Shown here: piece by piece, positions 1 to 8,838 of the stretch
Layout: every line of letters starts with the position of its first letter
How positions within the stretch are numbered: position 1 is the first letter of the stretch
Source: Pseudomonadota bacterium
GTDB taxonomy: Bacteria > Bdellovibrionota > FAC87 > UBA2466
DNA: 64,000 nt
Assembly: GCA_043718025.1 (NCBI GenBank)
Contig: JAYSWN010000069.1
Coordinates: forward strand, 1 to 64,000
Reading direction: 5' to 3'
The notes under the pieces: model-generated
Databases searched by the model: none
What the model was told of the DNA's origin: nothing
The model's input: the letters and a program-made list of their open reading frames with translations, nothing else
Made by a program: the position numbers and the translations under genes

Positions 1-1278
1 GTAGCCGCGTTCAGCGTGAAAGAAGATGCCCTACAATACCTTAGGTGTAATGCAGTTGGCCTTTGCATTTGGGCCCGCTGCGAAGAACTTTTATCTCCGG
101 TCCACGCCATCAAAAAGATCAGTCCCAGTCTTCCGGTGATCATGACGGACAATCGAGCGGAATCAGCCATCGTAGTGGGAGAGATGCGCGCCGGAGCGAG
201 CGACTTTTGGCACCAGAACGAAGATACGTCTTCCTTGCTAAAGATTTTGGAGGAGACCTGGCAACGAAGCCACGTCGGCCCCGCCGATACCGATCTCACC
301 GCTCACTTTCCGCAACTGACTGGGCGCCATCCCCGCATGCTTGAAATCATGCGCACGATTTTGAATTTGCAGAACTCTGACGCGACGGTACTAATCACTG
401 GCGAAAGCGGAACCGGAAAAGAGGTGGTGGCGCAAGCCATCCACGCACTAAGCCCACGCCGCAAACACGCGTTGGTGGCGGTAAACTGCGGAGCCATTCC
501 CCCGACTCTGTTAGAAAGCGAACTTTTCGGGCACGTTAAAGGGGCTTTCACTGGTGCAACCCACAATCGCGTGGGTCGTTTTCAATTGGCCGGACAGGGC
601 ACGCTATTTTTAGACGAGATTGGCGACCTGCCCTTCGACCTGCAGGCTAAGATTTTGCGCGCGATTCAAAACCGCACCTTCGAACCAGTTGGCAGTCCAC
701 ACAGCATTGAGCTTCAGGCCCGTCTGATTGCCGCCACAAATCAGGATTTGACCAAGGCCGTTGCCGAGAAAAGATTTAGAGAAGATCTGTTTTATCGTCT
801 CAACGTCATTCCGGTGCACGTGCCGCCGTTACGCGAACGCAAGAGCGACCTGCCGGTACTGATCTCAACTTTCATTCAACGCTTCAGCAAACTTAACGCC
901 AGAGCCTTTAATGGCATCTCTGAAGAGGCAATGCGCATCCTGGTTAATTACCAGTGGCCGGGAAATGTGCGTGAGCTCGAAAACATGATGGAGCGGGTGG
1001 TCGTACTCAAGCATCGCGAAGGGGTAATTGAGCCCGCAGACCTACCGATTGATCATTTTCAGAATATCTACTTAGATCGCTATTTGTCAGAAATTGATTT
1101 ACCTGCCGGTGGGCTAGATTTGAACCAAATTGTTCAAGATATCGAACGTGATTTAATTCTTCAGGCGCTAAAACGGACACAAGGAAATAAGAACCGCGCC
1201 GCCGAGCTCTTAAAGCTCAACCGCACCACCCTCGTTGAAAAGATCAAACGCAAAGGCCTTAAAATTCTCGCCGCTTAA
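1..1278 (+). CDS. sigma54-dependent Fis-family transcriptional activator (NtrC/FleQ-like), probably 5'-truncated by the window edge
   Basis: Walker A GESGTGKE, ESELFGHVKGAFTGA, LFLDEIG, FREDLFYRLNV, WPGNVREL, C-terminal Fis HTH (AAELLKLNRTTLVEK). The frame is open from position 1. Confidence 0.93.
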   Translation, partial: VAAFSVKEDALQYLRCNAVGLCIWARCEELLSPVHAIKKISPSLPVIMTDNRAESAIVVGEMRAGASDFWHQNEDTSSLLKILEETWQRSHVGPADTDLTAHFPQLTGRHPRMLEIMRTILNLQNSDATVLITGESGTGKEVVAQAIHALSPRRKHALVAVNCGAIPPTLLESELFGHVKGAFTGATHNRVGRFQLAGQGTLFLDEIGDLPFDLQAKILRAIQNRTFEPVGSPHSIELQARLIAATNQDLTKAVAEKRFREDLFYRLNVIPVHVPPLRERKSDLPVLISTFIQRFSKLNARAFNGISEEAMRILVNYQWPGNVRELENMMERVVVLKHREGVIEPADLPIDHFQNIYLDRYLSEIDLPAGGLDLNQIVQDIERDLILQALKRTQGNKNRAAELLKLNRTTLVEKIKRKGLKILAA

Positions 1279-1293
1279 CGCCGTCGGATCTTA

Positions 1294-2097
1294 CTATTTC
1301 ACTTTTTCTTTTGCATCGGTGCCCGATTCGCTGAACGAGCGAATGAGCGCCTTTAAGATGGTGCTTCGTTTGGCCCCGCCGGTCATCGTTTTAATGTCTT
1401 CGTAAACCGTGGGATCGTTCACCAATAATCCAAGGCTACCTTCCCCCTGGTCAATCTTCTTCAATATCCCATTGAGATGCGCCACCGCCTCGCCCAGCTT
1501 GGGGCCACTGCGCCCGTAGATCATCTCGTTTAAAAGGCCCCGCTCTTTCTTTACATCGGAGCTCATTGCGGTCAGGTTTTTAGAAAGCAGATTAAGGTTG
1601 TGGATCAATCCCTCTACTTCGCCGCCCTTTTCGAACTGCCGTTTCACTTCATCCACCAGCATTCCACCTTTTGAAAAAATGTCTTGCTCTTCCTCGACCA
1701 CAATTTCGCTATTTTGGGCAAGCTCAGGCTCCGCCGGCGTTCCAATGGAAATCTCGATATACTTATCCCCCAAGACACCCTGAGTTTTTACCGAAGCAAT
1801 CGAATCTTTACGAACCCGGTCTTTCATTTTTTTATCGATAGCCAGCTCTACAATTAAAATTTTGGGATCATCTTTACCGATGCTGATCGACTTAACCACG
1901 CCCACCCTCAAACCGGCCAGAGAAACCTCTGAACCGTAGTGCAATCCTTTGACGTGCTTGAATCTGGCAAAAAGCGAGTATTTGCTCGAAAAGAGGCCGT
2001 CGCCACCACTGATGTTGAATATAATAAAAATAAATCCGAAAAAGGCCACCGTGACGAACATACCCACGATGATTTGATTAGCGATTTTTTTATCCAT
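1294..2097 (-). CDS. mlaD: MCE/MlaD family lipid ABC transporter substrate-binding protein
   Basis: N-terminal TM helix, GLHYGSEVSLAGLRVGVV, GVLGDKYIEI, coiled-coil C-terminus; lies downstream of mlaF and mlaE. Confidence 0.9.
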   Translation of the reverse strand: MDKKIANQIIVGMFVTVAFFGFIFIIFNISGGDGLFSSKYSLFARFKHVKGLHYGSEVSLAGLRVGVVKSISIGKDDPKILIVELAIDKKMKDRVRKDSIASVKTQGVLGDKYIEISIGTPAEPELAQNSEIVVEEEQDIFSKGGMLVDEVKRQFEKGGEVEGLIHNLNLLSKNLTAMSSDVKKERGLLNEMIYGRSGPKLGEAVAHLNGILKKIDQGEGSLGLLVNDPTVYEDIKTMTGGAKRSTILKALIRSFSESGTDAKEKVK

Positions 2098-2876
2098 TAC
2101 ATGGTCTCCCCATGAATAAAGGCGGAAACCACTTCGTCTTTGGTATCACGGATCTCTTCGGCGGTTCCCAATGCCCGAATTTTTCCGTCTTTCAAAAATG
2201 CCACTCGATCGGTGACCGCAAAAATGCTCGCCATGTCGTGCGTCACCAACACAGACGTACAGCCCAGCGATTTTAGCTGGAGAATAATCTTTAAAATCTG
2301 TTTCGTATTATAAGGGTCCAGTCCCGTAGTCGGCTCATCGTACAAGATAACTTCGGGCTCTAAAATAATGGCGCGGGCAACCCCTACCCGGCGCTGCATG
2401 CCACCGCTTAAATCGCTGGGAAACAAGTTTTCTGTTCCGACAAGGCCCACTTTCTTTAATGTGGCACTCACCTTGGCCAAAATCTGCGTTTCATCGAGTT
2501 TGGTATGCTCGCGGAGGGGGTACGCCAGGTTCTCCGCTACGGTATAACTATCGAACAAGGCTCCGTACTGAAACACGTAAGCAATTTTCTTTCGCACATC
2601 AACGAAGTCGTCTTCGCTCAGTTGGGAGATATCACGCCCTTCAAATTCGATAGTGCCGCTATCGGGCCGCTCTAGCCCAATTAAACTGCGCAGCAGCACA
2701 CTCTTTCCGCTACCACTGCCGCCCATCAAGGTGAGCACTTCGCCTTTGCGAATATCGAGATTGATATCCTGATGAACGATCTTGTCGCCGTACTTCTTGC
2801 TCACGTGACGAACGGAGAGCATGACTTCATTCTCATCACCCGCGTTGCGCGCCTGTTTTTTGTCTTGCGACTCCAT
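2097..2876 (-). CDS. mlaF: MlaF/Mkl-family ABC transporter ATP-binding protein
   Basis: GGSGSGKS, FQYGALFDS, LSGGMQRRV, ILYDEPTTGLDP; start/stop overlap with mlaD. Confidence 0.92.
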   Translation of the reverse strand: MESQDKKQARNAGDENEVMLSVRHVSKKYGDKIVHQDINLDIRKGEVLTLMGGSGSGKSVLLRSLIGLERPDSGTIEFEGRDISQLSEDDFVDVRKKIAYVFQYGALFDSYTVAENLAYPLREHTKLDETQILAKVSATLKKVGLVGTENLFPSDLSGGMQRRVGVARAIILEPEVILYDEPTTGLDPYNTKQILKIILQLKSLGCTSVLVTHDMASIFAVTDRVAFLKDGKIRALGTAEEIRDTKDEVVSAFIHGETM

Positions 2877-2879
2877 TGC

Positions 2880-3692
2880 CTATTTTACCGCCTGTTCGAT
2901 AAGGTAAAAAAGTTTAGTTAAAACAAAGTCGCTTACCGTAATTAAAATAGAGGATGTCACCACCGCCTTGGTGGTGGCCGCGCCCACGCCCTGGGTGCCT
3001 CCGGTAGTGTTCAGGCCGTAATAGCACCCGGTAAAAGCGATAATCACGCCAAAGAAAAATGTTTTGCCGATGCCCACCATAAAGTCACTCACGCCTAACG
3101 CAGCAACCGCCTCATGAAAATAAAACTCAGTCGGAATGTTGAGCTCGAAGTAGCTGATGAACATGCCGCCGTAAATGCCGACGATGTCGGCCACGACCGT
3201 AAGCATCGGTGCCACGATCAACAGCGCCAGCACACGAGGAATTACCAAACGCTGAATGGGATCGGTTCCCAAAGCACGGATGGCGTCAACTTGCTGCGTA
3301 ACATTCATCGATCCAATTTCAGAGGCTATGCCCGAGGCCACTCGGCCCGCCAACATTAAGCAGGTAAGTACCGGCCCTAGCTCCCGCATGATCGATAGGC
3401 CAACGACCTTGGGCACGTACAACTTACCGCCGAACCTTTCCAGGCCATGGCCAAACTGTAATGACATCACCATGCCCGTGGACAACGCGGTAATCGAGGT
3501 AAGCGATAGCGATTTAACGCCGAGTTGATAACACTGTTCGATGAAGAGATTGAAATAGAAGGGCGGCTTTTTTAGTCGCGCGAAAAACAATCGGATGAGG
3601 CCTACGGCGCCTCCCAAAAATTCCATGAAGTGGAGCATCGCCCGAATTGAGCGCTGGCTAGTGTGCCCCAATAGCCGTTTCGTCCGTTCCAT
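2880..3692 (-). CDS. mlaE: MlaE-family ABC transporter permease
   Basis: RELGPVLT, AGRVASGIASEIGSM, QVDAIRALGTDP, GVGAATTKAVV. Confidence 0.92.
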   Translation of the reverse strand: MERTKRLLGHTSQRSIRAMLHFMEFLGGAVGLIRLFFARLKKPPFYFNLFIEQCYQLGVKSLSLTSITALSTGMVMSLQFGHGLERFGGKLYVPKVVGLSIMRELGPVLTCLMLAGRVASGIASEIGSMNVTQQVDAIRALGTDPIQRLVIPRVLALLIVAPMLTVVADIVGIYGGMFISYFELNIPTEFYFHEAVAALGVSDFMVGIGKTFFFGVIIAFTGCYYGLNTTGGTQGVGAATTKAVVTSSILITVSDFVLTKLFYLIEQAVK

Positions 3693-4197
3693 AATGAAGG
3701 CCTTTCGCCATTCCCACCAGACTCATTTGTTCATCCGCAGAAATCTCTTTCTTACCCATGTGCACGACGTCGAACAAACAGTCATGCTTTCTTACCAGCA
3801 CCAGGGTCAGGAAGATATCCCGGCTACCCTCTCGCGCCCGCGCCTTAGTGAGCAACCCTTCGCCGCCGGCCACCGCAATTGGTTCCTGAGTCAGCACTTT
3901 AACTTCACGATTGCCGATCAATAATTGCTTTGCCATTACCGTTAGTGGCGCCCTCACCCAACGACGACAGGACGAGGAAACGGCCACGCGGCTTCCCGAG
4001 GGCAATTCGAACGCGCGATCGGCGTCACGGTTTTTCATCGCCCGCCACTCTTTTGGTGTTTCAACGGAGAATTTTTCGGCCCGATCAATCTCGGCGCCCC
4101 CGCCCATGAGGGAACAACGACCGTGCAAAAAAAGCATGCCCAAACACACCGCAGTGGTAAGAAGCAAGCGTATTGAGGTTTTGCGGGAATAGACCAT
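3658..4197 (-). CDS. hypothetical exported protein / putative lipoprotein
   Basis: Hydrophobic N-terminus followed by Cys (..HGRCSL); co-oriented in the mla operon; start re-picked at ATG 4197. Confidence 0.6.
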   Translation of the reverse strand: MVYSRKTSIRLLLTTAVCLGMLFLHGRCSLMGGGAEIDRAEKFSVETPKEWRAMKNRDADRAFELPSGSRVAVSSSCRRWVRAPLTVMAKQLLIGNREVKVLTQEPIAVAGGEGLLTKARAREGSRDIFLTLVLVRKHDCLFDVVHMGKKEISADEQMSLVGMAKGLHYGTDETAIGAH

Positions 4198-4290
4198 TTT
4201 CAACTTAATTGAGTTCGTTTCATTGCCTCTTCTTATCGGCAGAATGGGCGGAACTTTCTCATCAAATTGCAAACAATCATGCGCAGCGCG

Positions 4291-4815
4291 CTACAAAAGT
4301 ACGATGGCTCCAAAGCCAATAAACTCGTGACTCAACTCAGCGCGTAAACTCACCATCTCAAACAGACCCCATAGTGCGCCGATGCCGAAGCGGGGGTAAA
4401 AGAGCGAAGAAGCACTGCTGGGGCCCGCGGGAATCGGGCTGTAAGAGGTGCCGGTGACAACTCCGCCTAGGCCGCCCAAGCCATAAAATGTCCAATCCAA
4501 GTCTTTGATAAAATCCCATCGCAGGTGACAGCTATATTGGAACGCCGCTCCGCCAGCGATAAATAACGGACCGAACTGACCTTCGATGAAAAGCTGATTA
4601 TTGATGTCATCGGCGAAGCCGCGGTCCAACACCTTTACGGCGGCGGTGGCCTGAAACGAAGCCCCCACTCGGCTATCGACGACGCCAATACCACCCATCG
4701 CCCCCAAGTGGAATTTTTGCGTCGGGGCCTCGCCCTTAAACGCTTTTTCGAGCGCAAAGGCTTTTGTTCCCAAGAGTAAAGTGACCACCACCAGGTTTTG
4801 AAAAGTGCGCCTCAT
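4291..4815 (-). CDS. putative small outer-membrane beta-barrel protein
   Basis: Signal peptide (AFA|LE), Gly/aromatic alternating beta-strand pattern, aromatic-rich last strand. Confidence 0.6.
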   Translation of the reverse strand: MRRTFQNLVVVTLLLGTKAFALEKAFKGEAPTQKFHLGAMGGIGVVDSRVGASFQATAAVKVLDRGFADDINNQLFIEGQFGPLFIAGGAAFQYSCHLRWDFIKDLDWTFYGLGGLGGVVTGTSYSPIPAGPSSASSLFYPRFGIGALWGLFEMVSLRAELSHEFIGFGAIVLL

Positions 4816-4818
4816 TTA

Positions 4819-5361
4819 TTATTCCTCCATGGAAAAGATGCCGTCTAAATTGCGATAACGTTCGGCCAAATCCAGGCCATATCCCACCAAAAACTTATCT
4901 TCGACCTCTAGCCCCACGTAATCGACCGCCACGTGAATTTCACGACGTGAAGGCTTGCTAAGCAATGCCGCAATCTTCACGGTGCGCGGTTGCTGCGAAC
5001 GAATGCGCTTTGCCAAAAAGTCGAGTGTTCTGCCAGAATCTACAATTTCGTCGAGCAACAGTACATGGCGACCTTCGGGACTGCATTCAATGTCCTTCAA
5101 AATTCGTACCTGGCCGCTAGTCTGCGTGCCCGCCCCGTAACTGGTCAGGCGCACAAAATCTAATTCCATTGGAATCGTGATGTGGCGCAGCAGATCGGCG
5201 CCGAAAAACATGGCCCCCTTTAGGGTAACCACGGCCAGCACCGATTCATCGGCCTCTAATATTTTTTTGAAATCGTCGGAAATTTTTTTTCCGAGTTCTG
5301 CGTTAATCTCTTCGATTTTTTTTCGGTCGAGAAAGGGGACCAGACGCCGAGGTTGGTTCAT
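4819..5361 (-). CDS. hpt: hypoxanthine phosphoribosyltransferase
   Basis: LKGAMFF, PRPP motif VLLLDEIVDSGRTL, FLVGYGLD, YRNL. Confidence 0.93.
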   Translation of the reverse strand: MNQPRRLVPFLDRKKIEEINAELGKKISDDFKKILEADESVLAVVTLKGAMFFGADLLRHITIPMELDFVRLTSYGAGTQTSGQVRILKDIECSPEGRHVLLLDEIVDSGRTLDFLAKRIRSQQPRTVKIAALLSKPSRREIHVAVDYVGLEVEDKFLVGYGLDLAERYRNLDGIFSMEE

Positions 5362-5362
5362 A

Positions 5363-5824
5363 TTATTTACTCCGTAAATTTTCGATGGCCGCCTTGATCT
5401 TTCCCATTCCGGAAAGCCCCTTAGAAGCCAAAAATTGAGTCACTTTTTTACCGCCCAAAGGCAAAATCCCCAGGTAGCCATTTCGTAAAAAACCAAAGAT
5501 ACCCACGTGAAGTTTGGTCCTAATCTTTAAAAGCGGGTCGCTATTAGCCATGAGCTTTAGCAGACCAACGCCGATATCCCCGACATCGTCGGCCTGCATT
5601 GAGGCCAGCGCTTCAATGCTGGCCTCCCCTAAAAATACGGATACGTCAGGAGCTTGCGGAGGGGCCGCACAAATTTCGACTCCGATAGAGATCTTTTTCA
5701 GGGTGAGGATGGTGGCGTCGGGCAATACAATTTTAACTTCGACCCCGGTGCGTAGCGGGCCCACGGCCTCGCGACAAAGCGGACGATCGAAAAAAGCTTG
5801 AAGTCTCTCTAGCTCTGCGGCCAT
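5363..5824 (-). CDS. hypothetical protein, possibly SCP2 lipid-carrier-like fold
   Basis: 153-aa ORF leading the operon; size and pattern (PDVSVFL) loosely resemble SCP2. Confidence 0.55.
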   Translation of the reverse strand: MAAELERLQAFFDRPLCREAVGPLRTGVEVKIVLPDATILTLKKISIGVEICAAPPQAPDVSVFLGEASIEALASMQADDVGDIGVGLLKLMANSDPLLKIRTKLHVGIFGFLRNGYLGILPLGGKKVTQFLASKGLSGMGKIKAAIENLRSK

Positions 5825-5864
5825 GACCCGAAGGTATAGCCTCGAAACAGAAGCCCTTCAATTT

Positions 5865-6320
5865 TTATTCGGGAATGGGTAGTTCACACTTAGCACTTAG
5901 GGTCGGAACTTGCTGGAGGAAAGCAGTACCCGTGTTGTCGGTAGGGGTGAGCCAAAGCGTCGAAAATTTTTCTAGCTCTTCTAGAGTAAGCTTGCCCACC
6001 ACAAACCCGCTACCAATCTTGAGTAGCTCAACCGCGTGATCTAGGGCCTTAACTTCTGGAGCCTGGCTGACAACGTGCACCTGAATAGTCGATGTGGTGC
6101 TGACGGTAGTTGCGGGAAGAACTGCCACTTCGAAAATATTTTTGGTTTCAGTCTCCAAAACCAGCACCTCGAAAGTTCCGAGGCTTCCTACGCAAACGGT
6201 TTGGCCGGTTCGGGCCTCCGATGCCAACGGCATAACGCCGCTAGCCACTTTACCGTTCATTTTGGCGCAAGAAGCGAAGGTGAGAAGTAGAAACCAGAAA
6301 AAGGGGGAAAATCGCTGCAT
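5865..6320 (-). CDS. hypothetical lipoprotein
   Basis: Lipobox-like FASC after a hydrophobic stretch. Confidence 0.65.
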   Translation of the reverse strand: MQRFSPFFWFLLLTFASCAKMNGKVASGVMPLASEARTGQTVCVGSLGTFEVLVLETETKNIFEVAVLPATTVSTTSTIQVHVVSQAPEVKALDHAVELLKIGSGFVVGKLTLEELEKFSTLWLTPTDNTGTAFLQQVPTLSAKCELPIPE

Positions 6321-6333
6321 GCCCCTAACTAGA

Positions 6334-6348
6334 GCAGGGGCTATGCCA
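6334..6348 (-). promoter_or_regulatory. candidate sigma54 (-24/-12) promoter
   Basis: Minus strand TGGCATAGCCCCTGC (GG-N10-GC), just upstream of ATG 6320. Confidence 0.5.
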
Positions 6349-6533
6349 GCGCCTACGGCCTCAATTTTACTTGCCGCCTTGTGAGCCTTGAAAACGAGTT
6401 AATCACGAACCGCTGGAAAAATTAAATTCAACTGTTAATACAGATAGTTAATTAGCTGTATACCGTTAGTGCACAGACCGCAGAATCGTATGCTTTTTCA
6501 ACAATTTTTAGGCTCAAATTTAGCGCACTAAAC

Positions 6534-7940
6534 TTAGACAGCTTTTTTGATCGGGTCCGTGGCCTCTTTACCAGCCTGACCCCGCCGAGTTTGGTAGGTG
6601 AGCTCTTCGCTGCCAAGCACCATACGGTCCGACCACTCCACACCTTGCATAAAAGAGTGATCTTGGTTGGACACTTCGTATTTCCACGCGCCAAAACGGC
6701 CACGGCTATAAAGACCGTGTTTTTCCAACTCTGGCTGGACGCGGTTCAAAATCGAGTCACGCTCAAGCGATGGCACCGGGTATCCGTACGGCGCGCGAAA
6801 TTGAAATTGGCTGACAATCTCATCGCGCGACGAGATTAGGCCGGTAGTGCGGCAACCTTCGATTGTTTCCTGGATCAAAGTGTTGGGGTCAACCGGTTTG
6901 TACTTCGATTCTGAAACCTCAAGCATCAAAGACCACTGGTTTTTAGGATCGGGAACGTTGTTCGGCGAATAGTGGGAAAAAACCGTAACCCGATAAAACG
7001 GACAATTTGCTTCGGGAAAGTACATCCAGCATTTTTTGGAAAGAGCGGCGGGAATTTTCCCTTTAAGCCCCAGTCCAATCACATTCGTTGACGAATGAAA
7101 AAGCTGGTTCGCCATTTTAGTCACCTGTGGATCCAGCCCCTTCACCTTTTCGCAAAACTGGTCGAGCGGCATGGTGTTAAGCAGTTCGGTGTAACCAATG
7201 GTGCGGCCATCTTTTAAAGAAACCAACTTGGCTTTTGGATCGATACCGGTAACCACCGAGCCGGTAAGAATGCGATCGCGCCCCACTCGATTCGCCACGC
7301 TTTCCCAAATCGAACCGGTGCCGCCATTTTTTGGAAAATGAAACGTGTTGTTCGGGCCCCACGAGACGTCGGCCTTTTGCTGAATAATATTTCCCAAAAT
7401 CCGTTTCACATCCGGAACGCTGACTCTTTGACCAATCCAGCCATAAGACATGAGTTCGGGCGGCGTGGCCCACACTTTAAAATTGTAGGGCAACATAAAA
7501 ATATCGGCGACCCCTTGCCCGAAAGAGGCCAGAATCCATTCCCTAAAATTGGCCGGCTTTTCGGCGCCGGGCTTGATGGTAAGTAATGGCTCCACGCACT
7601 TCCAGGTGTCTTCCTGAGGGAGGTAGCGCAAATTATTTTGGAACGGATAGGGCACAAAGCGATCTTTGACCCAAACCCAGCTCTCCCGTTCGTGGTGAAG
7701 CCATTCTTTCCGCGGAACGGCCGTTTCCATTGCCTCATCAAAGTAGGTGTAGTGCGAAAACTGGACGTGACCACCGATGTCCCACACAAACCCTTTCTTA
7801 TCGGTAATGCTTTTTGCGAGGCCGCCGACCTGAGGATCACTTTCTAAAATCACAAAATCGGTGATGCCGTGGTCAAGTAGGCGAATGGCGGCGCCCAGGC
7901 CAGTGGGTCCGGCGCCGATGATTACGTAGTTTTTTTTCAT
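6534..7940 (-). CDS. FAD-dependent UDP-galactopyranose mutase, eukaryote (fungal/trypanosomatid)-type
   Basis: IIGAGPTGLGAA, DIGGHVQFSHY, PYPFQNN, YNFKVW, WGPNNTFHFP, CWMYFPEANCPFYR, WSLMLEVSES, GRFGAWKYEVSNQDHSFMQG, all recalled as motifs of eukaryotic UGMs. Confidence 0.8.
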   Translation of the reverse strand: MKKNYVIIGAGPTGLGAAIRLLDHGITDFVILESDPQVGGLAKSITDKKGFVWDIGGHVQFSHYTYFDEAMETAVPRKEWLHHERESWVWVKDRFVPYPFQNNLRYLPQEDTWKCVEPLLTIKPGAEKPANFREWILASFGQGVADIFMLPYNFKVWATPPELMSYGWIGQRVSVPDVKRILGNIIQQKADVSWGPNNTFHFPKNGGTGSIWESVANRVGRDRILTGSVVTGIDPKAKLVSLKDGRTIGYTELLNTMPLDQFCEKVKGLDPQVTKMANQLFHSSTNVIGLGLKGKIPAALSKKCWMYFPEANCPFYRVTVFSHYSPNNVPDPKNQWSLMLEVSESKYKPVDPNTLIQETIEGCRTTGLISSRDEIVSQFQFRAPYGYPVPSLERDSILNRVQPELEKHGLYSRGRFGAWKYEVSNQDHSFMQGVEWSDRMVLGSEELTYQTRRGQAGKEATDPIKKAV

Positions 7941-7953
7941 GAACAGGTTTCTG

Positions 7954-8742
7954 TTAGGCAGAGGCTTTTTCAGCCCGCTCGGTATTTTTAGGAATAGGGA
8001 GTTCCGCTAAATGCTTTTTCCACACCGGTGCAGCACGACGAAAGGCCCGAATCTCACTAAAGCACCGGTTGCACACATCGAACAGACGTCGGTTAAGGGT
8101 GACCACCCCGGTTCGGCGTTCCCGGTGTGAAACGGGCATTTCCAGAAGGGTGCCCTTCGACTTAGCGGCCAAGATCGATAAGAAAATGTTAGGAATAAAT
8201 ACCCCGCGCGGCACCAGCGTCAAAAGACCGGCAAGAAAACGAGACTGCATCAAGCGAAACGGCACATTGGCATCGCGAATTTCAGCGCCAAAAAATACGA
8301 GCAATAAGACCGCATTGAGTCTTGAAATCACTATCCGCACCAAGGGGTCATGGCGCACTTGACGGTACCCGAGAATAAAAGGGGCTTCGTACCGGGCATC
8401 CCACAGCTTGCCAAAATCTTCGTGGTTAAATTGATCGTCACTATCGGTTTGAAAAACAAACTCGGGCCCGAGTCGCAACGCCTGCTCGTAGCCATTTCGC
8501 ACCGCCTTGCCGTGGCCGGCGTTCTCCTGATGAACCACTTTTAAGCGGTGTTCCTTACGCGCCATCGCGTTCAAGACTTCGGCGGTATTATCGCGGGAGC
8601 CATCGTTGACGATGAGAAGTATCCCGTCGTAGGCCGACGCCACGCTTAACCAAGCGCGGGCAACCTTCTCAATGCACGCCGCTTCGTTGTAGGCCGGCAT
8701 GACGATCACTAGATTTGGCGCGTTATTTTCTTGAAGTTTCAT
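7954..8742 (-). CDS. GT2 glycosyltransferase (polyprenol-phosphate glycosyltransferase/DPM1-like)
   Basis: VMPAYNE, VNDGSRD, NAGHG, TDSDDQF, DANVPFRL. Confidence 0.88.
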   Translation of the reverse strand: MKLQENNAPNLVIVMPAYNEAACIEKVARAWLSVASAYDGILLIVNDGSRDNTAEVLNAMARKEHRLKVVHQENAGHGKAVRNGYEQALRLGPEFVFQTDSDDQFNHEDFGKLWDARYEAPFILGYRQVRHDPLVRIVISRLNAVLLLVFFGAEIRDANVPFRLMQSRFLAGLLTLVPRGVFIPNIFLSILAAKSKGTLLEMPVSHRERRTGVVTLNRRLFDVCNRCFSEIRAFRRAAPVWKKHLAELPIPKNTERAEKASA

Positions 8743-8838
8743 TACGTTTATCGCTCCGTAAAATCTCGTAACGTTCCTAAGTTTATTGCAGAAACATTCC
8801 GTTAAGTAAGAAACGAACCTCGGTAAAATAAAACCCTT

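Noticed and set aside
6534..7940. Protoporphyrinogen oxidase / amine oxidase call for the FAD protein (hemH is in the window)
   Set aside because: Its motifs match UGMs throughout and its context is glycosylation; hemH is about 14 kb away
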